DNA of 47,915 bases, taken from assembly GCF_004010195.1 (NCBI RefSeq), contig NC_057718.1, positions 27,587,088 through 27,635,002 on the forward strand, written 5' to 3'. The position numbers and the translations under genes are program-made. This document shows positions 1 through 13,244 of the stretch, piece after piece. The notes beneath the pieces are model-generated. The model was not told the DNA's origin and made no database searches. It saw only the letters and a list, made by a program, of their open reading frames with translations. The DNA is from Chiloscyllium plagiosum (taxonomy: Eukaryota). Every line of letters begins with the position of its first letter. Positions within the stretch are counted from its first letter, which is position 1.

Positions 1-748
1 GCTGTACACGTGGGGCTTGTCCATAGGGGATGGCTGTTTTAATATGTTTTGGGTGGAAGCTGGAGAAGTGTAGCATCGTGAGGTTGTCTGTGGGTTTGCA
101 GTAGAGTGTGGTGCTGAGGTGTCCATCCTTGATGGAGATGCATGTGTCCAAGAATGAGACAGATAGTCGAGAGTAGTCCATGGTGAGTTTGATGGTGGGA
201 TGAAACTTGTTGATATCACTATGTAGTTTTATCAGTGACTCCTTGCCATGGGTCCAGAGGAAGAAAATGTCGTCATTGTACCTGATGTACAAGAAGAAGT
301 CTTGTTCGAACCTCTGCATAAAAATGCTGGCATATTGGGATGCAAATTCAGTCCCCATGGCAGTTCCATGTGTCTGGATGAAGAACTGATTGTCAAAGGT
401 GAAGACATGATCGAGGATAAAGCGGATGAGCTGTAGGATGGTGTTTGGAGATTGGCAGTTGTTGGTGTTGAGTACCGAGGCTGTTGCCGTTATGCCATCA
501 TTGTGGGGGATGCTGGTGTAGAGTGCTGAAACATCCATTGTGACGAGGAATGTTCCCAGTTCAACTGGTCCACGAGTGCTGAGTTTCTGTAAGAAATCCG
601 TAGTGTCGTGACAGAAGCTGGGGATCCCCTGTACAGTAGGTTTCAAGATGCCTTCAACAGAGCCGGAGAGATTCTCACACAGGGTCCCATTGCCCGACAC
701 GATGGGACATCCTGGTGTGTTGGCTTTATGTACCTTCGGAAGGCAGTA
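1..748 (-). mobile_element. Penelope-like element, decayed reverse transcriptase fragment
   Basis: Minus translation gives LPKVHK..PIVS, MDVSALYTSIPH, GTAMG, RYNDDIF, FHPTIK, FLDTCI, YCKPTD and IPYGQA, which are PLE RT motifs. Confidence 0.9.
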
Positions 749-1655
749 GAAGTTGCTTACACGACCTCGGACCTTCGGGTGACCAAACTCCAAAGCAGAC
801 TTCGGGACAGGCCGCAAAGTGGCCGAGCAGAGGCGGATAGCTAAGGTCGGTACCCATAGGGAGGGCCTCAACCGGGACCTTGGGTTCATGTCACATTACA
901 GGTGACCACCGTTGCACTATACACAGACACACGGACACTCTCACACCCTTACAGACACACACACTTCCACAGGCATCCTCTTAGAGACTTAGACCACTCT
1001 GCACTCATGCACACACATATACACCCTCCCACAAACACTCAACCCTCCCACCCCAGACACACACACACTCACACATGCGCCCCCTCACAGTCTTAAGACA
1101 TTCTACACACACTATGCACTCATATATGCTCTCTCTCACACTCTCAATCCCCAACCCAGACAGAGACACACACAGACATACAAAGACCCACATGCACACA
1201 TATTTTGTGGGGTGAATTTGTACTTGCAGAGTTACATTGTACTTTGCTCAAAAACGGCATGAATTCATGTAAAACTCTTATCTCACTTTTTAGATTAGAA
1301 TCAATCTAAACATCATGGCATAGACAGAACACAGGAGGCTAACACCTTCAACATATTGTCTAGCTAACACCCATTATTACAGCTAACCTGAGAATGCAAC
1401 TTTTAAAAAAAAGGTTTTGTGATTTACACATGAAAGTGAAACTATCATGGTATTCGAACAGAAGAAAGACTCAACAGACAACCAAGGTATTTTTCAATGT
1501 ATGATTTCAGTTACATCACACTGTAAATTTTTGCTATAAATTTTGTGCCTTATAATTGTGCCTGCCACAATCACCTGAAGAAGGAGCGGCGCTCTGAAAG
1601 CTAGTGTGCTTCCAATTAAACCTGTTGGACTATAACCCGGTGTTGTGAAATTTAA
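749..1655 (+). mobile_element. Penelope-like 3' end (GIY-YIG tail, CA-rich tract, pLTR), inverted relative to the adjacent RT fragment
   Basis: Plus translation EQRRIAKVGTHREGLNRDLGFMSHYR* ends at about 905. CA/ACAC microsatellite at 915-1200; hammerhead-bearing terminus at 1572-1650. Confidence 0.82.
1572..1606 (+). ncRNA. Minimal type-I hammerhead ribozyme motif
   Basis: cac-CUGAAGA-a-GGAGC ggc GCUCU-GAAA-gc-UA-gug: complete core, stem I cac/gug, stem II and palindromic AGCU stem III. Confidence 0.78.
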
Positions 1656-2242
1656 CTTCATTTACAGAAGATTTTTCTCTCACAAAGGAAAAGAACACCC
1701 GGTCACTCTAATCTATTAGTTTGCTATAGATTAAGTAGTGGAAGACTTTCAAACAGAAGTCTCCTTATAATCAGTTAAACAGTTGCATGGAAAAATGGAA
1801 AACCTCACTCTAACCAGCTTTTTATCAATCAAATCGATAACCATTTCAAGTCTCCAAAGTCTGAGTCAATGGAACACCATATTCCATGGAATGCATTGGA
1901 CATTGTGCAAAGTTTTACGCAAGGTGTCCAACTAAAGCTGGAAAGACAGCAGGGAGCAGTAACAGGAAGGTTCCTTGACAGTATCACCACTGGGAAACCT
2001 TCACTGTGGCAGGCTGCATAGCAAATTGTCCTACTGAAGTGGGCAGCTAGACAGCCAATTTACATAAAGACTACATTAAGAGCCATTTAATGTGATTTCT
2101 GGTAGTCACATGCCAGAGAGGGCCCCCTCTGTGTGTGGAGCTGCCAATTTCATGAAGGCTGCATCATCCCATGTTGGTGCCACAGGTGAGGACAAGACTT
2201 CCACTCTCTAAATAAGAGACTACTGGACAGCAGTGGGTATGA

Positions 2243-2452
2243 GTCATAGAGATGTACAACATGGAAACAGACCCTATTCAGCCTCTCCCTATAGCTCAAA
2301 TCCTTTAAACCTGGCCACATCCTTGTAAATCTTTTCTGAACCCTTTCAAGTTTCACAACATCCTTCCTATAGGAGAAGAGACTAGAACTACACACAATAT
2401 TCCAAAAGTGGCCTAACCAATGTCCTGTACAACCACATGATGTCCCAACTCC
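2243..2452 (-). mobile_element. CR1 LINE 3' fragment
   Basis: Encodes YRKDVVKLERVQKRFTRMWPGLKDLSYRERL, the CR1 ORF2 C-terminal motif. Confidence 0.88.
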
Positions 2453-3030
2453 TCTCCTATTTACTTCGGACTGAACTTTCAGCATCAGGAGCCCGTTCGC
2501 TATCCCTAATTGGATAGGGAATTAGTAGGGGGCTATCTGCAGTAAAATGACAGTGTAGGTTTTACTGCCAGCAATGTGAGCTCAGGATCATCTACCGGCC
2601 CTGACCCCATATTAACATTTGAAATGTTAACTTAAACCTTCATAAACATTCATATAGGTTGAGTGGTTCAGACGCCTGTGAACCTCTGGATAAACTCATA
2701 CCTTAAATCCAAGGCCTCTGGTTATTAATCCCTCTACTAAGAAGATAAGTTCCCCCCCACCCCCAATCTGCACTCCTGTATGTTCCTCAATTATGTACAC
2801 TAAATGTTTGGAGACTTCCAAAATTCAGGTCAATATTTTAAGAGAGCATTGTGAACGCAGCTCTATCTTAAGGAATTTTGCCAACAATATCAAAATCATC
2901 TTTCAACAATTTACAGGAAACATCATATGCCAAATAGTATGAATAATAATGTGTTCTTACACCTGAGAAAATAAAGTATTAAAGAACAAACTTCACTAAT
3001 AGTTTATAATTTACATTTTGAGATAGTCAT

Positions 3031-4491
3031 TTTATTAGATTCCAGGAGGTGGGAATGCCTATAACATCTCTACCAGATGATGTTTTGTCCCTAACCCCAA
3101 TATCTGCACCAGAAGCTGTTGGAAGAAATAGAAGGTTGTAAGAAAAATATCAGTTGCTGTTGAATTTTTAAGATGATTGTTAAGATGTACTTTGGAAGTC
3201 CAAATTGATGAAAAAAAAAACTACAATCAAATACAATCCAAAGCTCTAACTTTAGAAACCATGTTATGTTCAACAGTTGGTGCTTTGAGATCAGAGGATT
3301 CTTAATTCAGTTCCAAACAAAGACAAGCTCACAGCCTAAAGTGGGATTAAAGAGATATAGTATTTTTGTGGTGGGGTCAATGTTGCACTACATTGAAAAA
3401 GTACACAATGTAAAGGCAGGCTGTTGTTCAAAATTATGGTGCCGAAAGTGGAAACCAGAAGCACGCTCTACCCAAGATTGATATGGTTAACCTTGAGATA
3501 TTGAACTAGAAGTATTTTTGGATAAGAAAATCTTACATGTAAAAACATTTTTAAAAGGAGTGTGAATCCTTGTATGGTGAAAGTTTACTATAAAGATAGC
3601 TTTGTTTAGCATTTGTCTCTCAACTGCAATTTGCAAAATAACAGTCTGGAGTTTCAGCTGTACAATGCTGTAAAATAATGAATGCATTCATAAAGGGGGC
3701 ATTGTGATGTTTTATTGCATCCATATCTAATGAACAGAATGTTTAACTATTAAATATAGTATAGTCACAGCATACATGCAGTCCCACCTCGAAACTTACA
3801 TGCTCAACTATTGGACAAGTAAATTTCCTTCAATGAGACAGCACTCCACAAATGTGCATATATGTACCATTTTTATTGATCATTTTTCATTTACAGTTTA
3901 TGCACCAAATAGATTTTCACATTTAAATTTTTTAGGGGAGAAAAAGAGCAGAAGGATGTGAAGTGGAGAGGAGCGAGCTGGTGCAGTATTAACAAAGTTA
4001 GTAACAGGAGTCAAAGGAACAAATTAGACTTGTGCTCCACATTTTGAGAAATCAAAAAACTTGATTTGTACAAGATGCTAGATCTCTCATTTTTCAGAGA
4101 ATAGTTAAACAATTAGCATACACATTGTCACATAATTCAATGTACAAAACCTCCATTATGGATTGACCTAATGAAATACAATCTTAAAAGCTATTATTAC
4201 AAATTACCGATTGAATGGGAACTTCATAGGTACAATGTTTTTAGAATATATTTTAAATGCCAGAATATTTCCATTATGTTCCTAAAACTTGTAAGGATTC
4301 TTTTAAAAAAAATCACCCCTTAAAGTCCAATTTCCTTTTGATTCCTAGGCTCTCTAATACCACAATCACTGAACACCTTTACTCCCAGAAAGAACTGCGG
4401 CACAAATACTCATTTGGCATTGTGAAATTCCCTCTGGTTAACAGCTGTATCTTCAATGCTCAGATGTCTAGTAGTCTGGTGTCTTTAGATC
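3031..4491 (-). other. Probable PPP1R21 3' UTR with candidate AATAAA signals
   Basis: AT-rich sequence with no repeat I recognise, downstream of the stop. Minus-strand AATAAA occurs at 3872-3877, 3711-3716 and 3031-3036; the signal actually used is unknown. Confidence 0.5.
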
Positions 4492-4521
4492 TTATCGCCC
4501 TCTGTTTTTCTTTGCATTACC
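4492..4521 (-). CDS. PPP1R21: PPP1R21 terminal coding exon (GNAKKNRGR*)
   Basis: Minus strand reads tctttgaag|GGTAATGCAAAGAAAAACAGAGGGCGATAA. It resembles the mammalian C-terminus GNSKKNKSR* as I recall it, and joins the previous exon in phase 0. Confidence 0.9.
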   Translation of the reverse strand, partial: GNAKKNRGR

Positions 4522-5000
4522 CTTCAAAGACAATGAGAAAAACAAACCTTTGATTGGCATTGCAGCTTCGTTTTGTGCCTACTTCGAGTGAACAGGGAAA
4601 TGCCAAATGTGTTGATAATGTCTTTGTACATTAATAAAGAGCATTCCTCTTTCTAATTTAGCTGACTTTACTGGAATAACATGTTGAAGTTTATGAATGA
4701 TGATAAACTACCTAAAAGAGGGAGGTGAAGCTGTGCACATATTCTTCAGTATTTTCTTTCTTTTCCAGTTTACTGAGCTATCCACCAACCTTTCCTCTAA
4801 CATGAAAGGTTCTAATAGGTGTATTAGCATAACAAGACTTCTATGTTAACTTAAAAAGACTTAATGGTACTGAAAGATCTGAACATGCCTAACAAGGTTC
4901 ACAGGAAACATTACCATTCGTCACTCTCTGGCCTGAATTGCAATACCAATAACTGATCATAGGTGCTGATTCATTATTGGATTATTTTACCGCTGGTAGA

Positions 5001-5284
5001 AGATTAGATTATATTCCCTACAGTGTGGGAACAGGCCCTTTGGCCCAACAAGCTCACACCCACCCAGACCCATTTCCCTCTGACTAATGCACCTAACACT
5101 ATGGGCAATTTAGCATGGCCAATTCACCTGACCTGCACATCTCTGGATTGTGGGAGAAACCGGAGGAAACCCATGCAGACACGGGGAGAATGTGCAAACT
5201 CCACACAGGCAGTCGCCCAAGGCTGGAATTGAATCCAGGTCCCTGGCGCTGTGTGGTAGCAGTGCTAACCACTGAGCCACCATG
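5001..5284 (-). mobile_element. HE1-like V-SINE (tRNA-derived)
   Basis: Reverse complement of the 10192-10507 copy: A/B boxes, V-domain and (AATCT)n tail. Confidence 0.9.
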
Positions 5285-5814
5285 GGGATTGAAGATAATA
5301 CAACATTGTGTTTTCTAGCTATTTTGTGTTGTGCTTGACCTGCCCATTTGAAAGTACAGTATTTTAAAATTTGTTTTCCAAGGTCAATGAACATTCTGTG
5401 GTACACTGTGCTGCCACTCAGCCTTGTGCACAGTTTAGATTTTTAAAAATTTAACCTATTTTTCTAATCAATCTGTTCAGAGATATTATTACACACCTGT
5501 GGAGCAGGTGAGACTAGAACTTCTGTCTCTCAGTACAGGAGTATGTACACTACCACTGTGCCACAAAGGGCCCTGCATAGAGTCTATAGGAAATGGTATC
5601 AATTGTTTACAGCTGTTCCTTAACCGAGGCTTCACCACTTGCACCAGATTTGTATCAGGTAATTTACTTTTTTTCAGTAAAGATCACAATACTGAGCAAT
5701 AATTTACACCCATTCTAAGGGAATTCCAGATTTTTTTTGTTACTTTTTAAACAAAAAACTATATATTCCTACTATATTGTTTGCTTGTGGGAAGACTAGT
5801 TTAATAATTAAAGG

Positions 5815-6083
5815 TCTCCCTTTTAAGCTCAAGATGTGAAAAATTCCTTTCTAACAGGGTTTTTAATCTGCGGAATTCACCTTCCCACAAAGTAGGGGAG
5901 GTTGGGTCACTGAAGTTGTTCAAGGCAAAGTTAGATAGATTATTGATCAACAAGGGAATCAATAGTCAGGAGGTTCAGACAACAAAAAATTGTTGTGAGC
6001 ACCAGATCAGGGATGATCTTGTTGAATGCAGATGCAGATTTGAAGGACTGAATGGCTGACTCTGGTTCCCAAGTCCTATGTTT
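5815..6083 (+). mobile_element. CR1 3' end fragment
   Basis: Degenerate CR1 3' UTR ending in gaatggctgactctggttcccaagtcctatgt. Confidence 0.6.
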
Positions 6084-6085
6084 GC

Positions 6086-7185
6086 CATAGAACAATACAG
6101 AGCAGAACAGGCCCATTGGCTGCACCGACCTGTGAACTAATCCAAGCCCATCCCCTACACTATCCCATCATCATCCATGTGCTTATCCAAAGATTGTTTA
6201 AATCTCCCTAATGTGGCTGAGTTGACTACATTAGCAGGTAGGGCATTCCACGCCCTCACCATTCTCTGTGTAAAGAACCTGCCTTTGACATCTGTCTTAA
6301 ATCTATCACCCCTCAATTTGTAGCTCTGCCCCCTTGTACAAGCATCATCATCCTAGAAAAAAGACTTCTACTGTCTACCCTATCTAATCCTCTGATCATC
6401 TTGTATGTCTCTATCAAATCCCCTCTTAGTCTTCTTCTTTCCAATGAGAACAGACCCAAGTTTCTCAGCCTTTCCACATAAGACCTTCGCTCCAGATGAG
6501 GCAACATCCTCGTAAATCTCCTCTGCACCTTTTCCAATGCGTCCACATCCTTCCTGAAATATGGGGCAACCAGAAGTGTACACAATATTCCAAGCGAGGC
6601 CACACTAGCATTTTGTATAGTTACAGCATGACATTACAGCTCCAGAACGCAATCCCTCTGCCAATAAAACCTAACACACTGTATGGCTTCTTAACAGCAC
6701 TATCAACCTGGGTGGCAATGTTCAGGGATCTACGTGCATGGACTCCAAGATCCCGCAACATAACCACACTACCAAGAATCTTTCCATTGACCTAGTATTC
6801 TGCCTTCCTGTTATTCTTCCCAAAGTGAATTACCTCACATTTATCTGCATTGAACTCCATTTGCCACAACTCAGCCAAATTATGCAGTTTGTCCAAGTCC
6901 CCCTGCAACATTCTTCCACACTGTACACTACTCCACCGACTTTAGTGTCATCTGCAAACTTACTAATCCATCCACCTATGTCTGCGTCCATATCATTTAT
7001 AAAAATGACAAACAGCAGTGGTACCAAAACAGATCCTTGTGGCACACCACTAGTAACTGGACTCCAGGCTGAATATTTTCCATCAACCACCACTTGCCGC
7101 CTTTTTACAGAAAGCCAAACTGCTAAATCACCCTCAATCCCATGTTTCTGCATTTTCTCCAACAGCCTACCACATGGAACCGTAC
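6086..7185 (-). mobile_element. CR1 LINE, RT and 3' end
   Basis: Encodes SGVPQGSVLVPLLFVIFIND, SKFADDTK and LEKVQRRFTRM...RLRGDLIETYK. Confidence 0.93.
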
Positions 7186-7722
7186 CTTTCCCTTTCCATC
7201 CATAAACTAAACGTAACTAAATTATGGCCACTCTTTCCAAAGTGCTCACCTACCACTAAATCAAACACCTCGTCTCAATAACTGCCATTCTAATTGGCGT
7301 CCAGCCCAGGGTTGCTTCCAAACTTTATGCGCTCTTTTCAAATAGTATACATCCACCAACTTGTCCTTCTCAGAAATAATGTTGGTCAGATTACAAACAA
7401 AATCTCGGAAGGGAAAGGAAAACTTGGGTCAGCTTTAATGGCACAGCCAATGCTATCACTACAATTTCCATGGGTCATTACAGTATATGGCCTGCAACCC
7501 AAATGTAATTACTCTTGATTTAATCAAGTGGTATGTGAATGCTTTTCTTAGTTTTAGATTATTCTCTATTATTTATTTGTAGGATGATATTTAAAAATTT
7601 AATGTATTACTTGCACGTTTATACAAATTGCATCAGATCTGCACCTTGCTATTGGTCTTCAGCAGATTCAAAAAATTAACAAAACCAAAAGGAAAAAAGT
7701 CAAAACCATGCTCTCTGCTCAC

Positions 7723-7851
7723 CTTACTGCCCATTCGAAGAGAGTCAATTTCTTCCCTTTGTTTTGACAAAGTCTCATTCATACTACATAAATGATCACT
7801 CATCATACTCAGCTGATCTTCATAGCTCCTCTTTGTAGTCATTAACTCATC
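7723..7851 (-). CDS. PPP1R21: PPP1R21 penultimate coding exon (DELMTTKRSYEDQLSMMSDHLCSMNETLSKQREEIDSLRMGSK)
   Basis: 129 nt, cag| ... |gtgag boundaries. The peptide is nearly identical to the conserved PPP1R21 C-terminal coiled coil (TTKRSYEDQ motif). Confidence 0.97.
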
Positions 7852-8433
7852 CTGTTTTAAATTAAGACAACAACACCATATTAAAACAGGAATTGCAACA
7901 GGAAACATGTAGAATACATTTAGTGCACAAGCATGGAAATTCTGTGCAATGTAGAAAGGTCCACACAAAGGAATCTAATGGATATAATTTTTTGTGTCAG
8001 CAAGGAATGTTATGTTGATCAGTGGATAGATAGTATTCCTTTAAAATTGTGGCTTGGACAAAACGTTTGAAAATATTACAGCTTAGTTTCAAAATAAAAT
8101 AAATATTCAATTCAGATCTCATGTATTGCCATTTCAAAAAGATTTGTATGTTATGAATGTGGGCTCAGTGGTATTAGGTATTCCTATAGTTTGTCATCAT
8201 TGCCCTTACGTAACCTAACTCAATCCTACTATCCTTTACCCACTTATAGGATTCTGTAGTCAAGAGATAAAGTAGTAAACTGGATATTCATGTTTTTGTC
8301 AGTGCTTACATTTGCAAAATTGGTCAGGGAAAATTCAGGGAAAGCACTACTAGACTCAAGTCATTCAGATGTTTTATCCCACAACATGACAATGTAAATA
8401 TCTGTGACAATTTAACTAAATACAATTCTACTA

Positions 8434-8753
8434 CAGGTAGACAATCCTTTATCCGAAATGCTCCAAAGTCCAAAGGTTTTTTTTGTGGGTTCTCATTAAC
8501 AAGATTGTTTGGCGTGTGAACAGTTAACCCAACTCCACACCCACTCAATACGTATCACTTAGGTGTGACATAGGTGGGTGGGGGGTGGCAGCAGCCTAGC
8601 ACTGGCAGTGTTGGATTCTGTTTCAAGGCCTGTTTTACTCAGTGAGTGTGCTCCTCCGTTAAGATTTTTAAAAATTTCACCAAACTGTCACTTATTCTGA
8701 AATTCAAGAACCAGCTGGTCCCGAGCATTTTGGATAAAGGACTACCAATACTG
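8434..8753. mobile_element. Tigger/pogo-like MITE
   Basis: Imperfect TIRs ta|CAGGTAGACAATCCTTTATCCGAAATGCTC ... GAGCATTTTGGATAAAGGA..CTG. A second copy lies at 21135-21472. Confidence 0.75.
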
Positions 8754-8949
8754 GGTTGTTTCAACAGTTGTATTTATTGTGGTGAAAACTCACTGTCCCA
8801 CTTCCAACTTTCTTCAAAAAAAAGCTTTTAGTACATTGGCCATCTTAGCTGTCATCCTTCATTTTACCATATGAAAATAAATGAGAAAACAACCTTAAAC
8901 TGATGGAACAGTGGCTACAGTGAATAGGATATATTTTTTAATGATTTTA

Positions 8950-9310
8950 AGAGATGGGAGTTTGCTTGTAATGCTGGTTTTGTTGGCTATTCCTACTTAC
9001 CCTTGAACCAAGTTATTTGCTAGCCCATTTCAGAGGGCAAATGAGAGTCAAGCACAGTGGATCTTGATTCACCTATGTGCCAGACTGGTAGAGATGGCAA
9101 ATTTCCTTCCTTATCAGGTATTAATGAACCAGCTGGTAGTAATAGCTGAGAGTTTCTTGGTAATCATTAGAGAGACTGGCTTTTAATCCAGATTTATTAA
9201 TTGAATTTAAATTCCATAAACTGGCTTGGTGGGATCTAAAGAATATCCCCACAGGATTACTTAAGGACTCTAAATTACAAGTCCAATGACATTAGCACCA
9301 TGTCACAGTC
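8950..9310 (-). mobile_element. Degenerate Deu-type (SacSINE1-like) SINE
   Basis: Reverse-complement similarity to the plus-strand copies at 14395-14710 and 21475-21760. Confidence 0.55.
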
Positions 9311-9589
9311 TTCACCCATTGGAAAAATATTTTTAATTAGACTTCTGAATTCTGGAAGCCAGATCAGTGTTTTATTCTGTCCTTCATATAACTCTTTTGC
9401 TAGATACAGGTTCTGGGTAAAGAAGAGATCCAGTAATGGAAGATGTGGCAAATTAAAAAGGAAAGGGAGAAGCCAATAGTAAAGGTACCAACAATGGCAA
9501 TAATTACCAGCATGTAGCAGGAAGGCACACAAAAATCAGGACAAGACAGAAGAGTTCTTTGGACAAATAGCAACAAATTTGTATTACCT

Positions 9590-10790
9590 TATAGACATTT
9601 GGTTGCAAGGTGCCTGGCTGGGACCCAGATTCAGGAATAGTTGGCATTTTGGAAGTGCAGTAAGCGAGGAGAATGTGGTGGGGTAGCTTAGTTAATTACA
9701 GATGACATTATTACAGTAGTGAGAGGTGATTTTGTAATCAAGATGTAGGGTCAATTGGTTAGAGACAAGAACACCAAAAGGTGAGAATTCACTTGTGGGA
9801 GTATAATACAGGCCCCTAAATAAGAGCTACACTGTCAACATAGTATACCAGAAAAAATAATGACTGTTTGTAAGAAGGTACTGAAATAATGAGTAATATT
9901 AATCTATATATTGATTGAACCAGATTGGCAAAAATTGCAGAGCGTACTAGCATAATTTCAAAGTGTGGCACATTCCTGTGCCAACAAAGGAACAAGCTCT
10001 TCTAGAACTGGCCATGCGCAATGTAACAGGATGAATTAATAACCTTAAAATAAAGAAGCCTCAAGACAGATGCAATTATAACAAGAGTTTGAGAGGAAAA
10101 TTGTAGAGCTAGGACGACAGCTTTAAACTTAAATAATAGCAATTACATAGATATGAAAACAGACCAAGTTGAATTGAACTGGGTAATTCGTGGGTGGCAC
10201 GGTGGCACAGTGGTTAGCACTGCTGCCTCACAGCGCCAGAGACCCGGGTTCAATTCCCACCTCAAGCGACTGACTGTGTGGAGTTTGCACGTTCTCCCCG
10301 TGTCTGCGTGGGTTTCCTCCGGGTGCTCCGGTTTCCTCCCACAATCCAAAAATGTGCAGGTTAGGTGAATTGGCCATGCTAAATTGCCCGTAGTGTTAGG
10401 TGAAGGGGTAAATGTAGGAGAATGGGTCTGGGTGGGTTACGCTTCGGCAGATTGGTGTGGACTTGTTGGGCCGAAGGGCCTGTTTCCACACTGAGTAATC
10501 TAATCTAGATTAAAAAACAGAACAATACAGAAGCAGTGGGAGACATATTTGATAACCATTTAGCAAAAATCCATTCCAGTGTGAAAGACTTCAGGAAGAG
10601 GATGCACCATCTGTTTGCTAATAGAAGTTAGAGAGTATCAGACTGAAGGAAAATTAATACAATTATGCAAACATTACCAGTAGGACAGAAAATTGGCTTA
10701 TTTTTAAAAAGTGATTAAAAATATGATAAAGTACAAGAGACAGATTAAGAAATATAAAAAGGTTGGTAAGTCTCAATCTGTAGACTGGCT
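9590..10790 (+). mobile_element. Old CR1 endonuclease/linker fragment interrupted by a SINE
   Basis: Degenerate similarity to 47000-47900 (for example tacaggcccctaa, encoding YRP). Confidence 0.55.
10192..10507 (+). mobile_element. Full-length HE1-like V-SINE
   Basis: A box ggtggcacagtggttagc, B box gggttcaattccc, V-domain gtgtggagtttgcacgttctccccgtg and taatctaatct tail. Confidence 0.92.
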
Positions 10791-10846
10791 GTATGTATTT
10801 ACATTCTATCATATACATACCCAAGAGGGTTTATATTTCTTCCTAC

Positions 10847-10945
10847 CTGCAATCGCACAATGTTTTGATTGGCAACCTTTATTTCTTCTAAGAGGGCTTC
10901 TCTGGACTTTTCTGCCAGTGCTAAGCGTTTAGCAAGGGCTCGACA
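10847..10945 (-). CDS. PPP1R21: PPP1R21 exon (CRALAKRLALAEKSREALLEEIKVANQNIVRLQ)
   Basis: 99 nt, ttgtag| ... |gtagga. Found by manual translation; matches the PPP1R21 CRALxKRLALAEKS segment. Confidence 0.95.
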
Positions 10946-12748
10946 CTACAAATTTATAAAAGAAAAAGCATTTTGTAGGAAAATTTTCTAATTCATACAA
11001 TAATTCTGTTTGAAACTGTGATCTGAAAACCTGCCCCAGTGCAGCTGAGAATATTGTCTTGAAACTCTTATCCATAAGCTTTTAAACAAAAATCAACAAT
11101 CTCAAATGAATGGTTCCTTACAGGATGCCTTGTTCAAGTTTACACCCTGTCACTTTCTAACAGGTCTTTACTCTAACTTCCCCAAGAAAATACAACATTT
11201 TGTCCATTCACACCACTGTCCAAGATTTCAAATAACTGTGAAATTTGCAATTTGAAAAATTTCGAATGGGTATACTACACATGCTACTCTCAGTGCTGTC
11301 TTCTCTACATTAAGAAATGAGTAAAGGAGTAGGCCATAAGGCAATTTGAGAATGCTGTCATTTGGCTAACCTTAAATTATATCATTTATGATGTGTTTGA
11401 GACCCTGCATATTAGATAATTGATTTCCTGATCATCTTACACATGTCCCTGCTATTCACAAATCCTTTTAGCTCAGATATCCCATTTTGCACCCATGATA
11501 CTGTTCCAAGCACAACAGAAGTAGCATCTCATCTTCCTCCTTATCATGCAGCTACCTACTTTAAACATCAACTTGTTTAACTCCAAAACTTTAATAGTTT
11601 CTCAGTGAGGGTGATACAGTCATTTGTTGGGGCTGTTGGCATTCTAGGTGGAAGGTGGTTGCCTTTTTCTAGAACAGTGCTTACCCAAATAAAAGTCTTG
11701 GGCCCCAAATCATTTTGGCCCACAGCGCTGTGAAGTGGACATTCTTTGCAACATTGCAGTTTCCTTATGACTTCTCAAAACCCTACAGAAGGACAGCAAG
11801 ACACAGAATACTGCTTTGGAACAGTGAAAACCAGGCTTTCATTATCCCAGAGTTGCTACGCCCAAAGCTGACAATGAGTGTTTCATTGCTAGAAGCAAAA
11901 TTCAGGAGGGATGTTCATTTCATGATACACGTTCACTTATCCAAACCATTTTTGTGCCATAGGAAGTGCATGGGAGCAATTGCTAGAACCGAATCTTTAT
12001 TCAGTAAACTATAACAAATGCAGCAAAAAAATCTTTATATCACTGCAAATATGTAGTTCACTTATAAGACTGTCAGAGACTTGGGCAAGTAATCTAGACT
12101 GACATTTCAGTATACCACTGAGGTAATGGGATCATATTTCAAATGAAATATTTGAAGAGGCTCTATCAAGGAGACATAAAAACCCCCTGAAAGCATTACA
12201 TGAATATGAGTAGTTGGGTTCCCAGTCTCTGGAGAATTTATTACTCAACGACATCACCAAAAAAGGTGATCTGATCGTTAATCTTGTTGTTTATGAGTTA
12301 TTTGTGTGCACATGTTCCTCCACATTACAACAATAACTACATTTCAAAAGGTTCAAGACGACTCCGAAGTGATCTTAACAGGCACTGTATAAATACAAAT
12401 AATTTATTTCTTCATTTAAATGAAAAATGCAAAGACTGATCATTCAAAACTTGCAGAACTCTCATATACTGATGAAATCAAAACAATTACATAAAAGCAA
12501 AATACTTTGGATGCTGGAAATAGATGGATTGACAGCTTTTGTGGAGAGTGAAACAGCATTCTTAACAGCTTCTCTCACCACAAATGCAGCCAGACCTGAG
12601 TATTTCCATTACTTTCTTTCATCTACTTTTTTGTAAGCTGATATATTTCCAAGCATCATTCAAATGAAGAATTCTTCTCTGATTCTGTTGGGCACAAAAG
12701 ATCTGATAATGTCAGCACTAAAAGCCTGTTATGAGTCAATAATATTAC

Positions 12749-12865
12749 CTCTGCATAGAAATGCACTGACTTGCTGTCACCTATCTGAAGTTGTGAGGTT
12801 AGCTCAGCCACTCTCATCATGTAGTGATTTTTGATCAACTGTTCACGTGACTCCGCATCAGGAAT
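12749..12865 (-). CDS. PPP1R21: PPP1R21 exon (IPDAESREQLIKNHYMMRVAELTSQLQIGDSKSVHFYAE)
   Basis: 117 nt, ttttcag| ... |gtaat; contains the conserved DSKSVHFYAE motif. Confidence 0.96.
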
Positions 12866-13208
12866 CTGAAAATAAACACACAGGAATTTCTTGAGATGAG
12901 ACTGGTAAATGTTATTTATGGTGACACTTTAAAATCTGTTAATTACTTTTCATTTAACCAAACATTTAAAATATGGCATAAGACACCCAAACAAATGAGG
13001 ACTACTTCAAAATCTACATTCTCTATTGCTTTCTGAATAAATTGTTTAATCTAATCAGTTATAACGACCGAGCTACAATTACAAATAACGCATCAAATTC
13101 TAATTCTAACAAATAGGCAAAATTTTGTTCATTTCAAAATGAAGTTATGCTTGCTATGCACTTAACTAGTTAATTTCCAACAAAGAATGCAAAAGATATC
13201 ACAGTTAC

Positions 13209-13244
13209 CTCATTGTTGATGGTGGAAGTGGTCAACATTCCAAC
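13209..13244 (-). CDS. PPP1R21: PPP1R21 36-nt exon (VGMLTTSTINNE)
   Basis: Minus strand ttttttgctag|GTTGGAATG...AATGAG|gtaact. Phase 0/0; fills the short linker expected between the flanking exons. Confidence 0.85.

Noticed and set aside
10192..10265. tRNA genes (also at 5210-5284, 23811-23875 and 39570-39641)
   Set aside because: The A/B boxes run directly into the V-SINE body and tail, so these are SINE heads.
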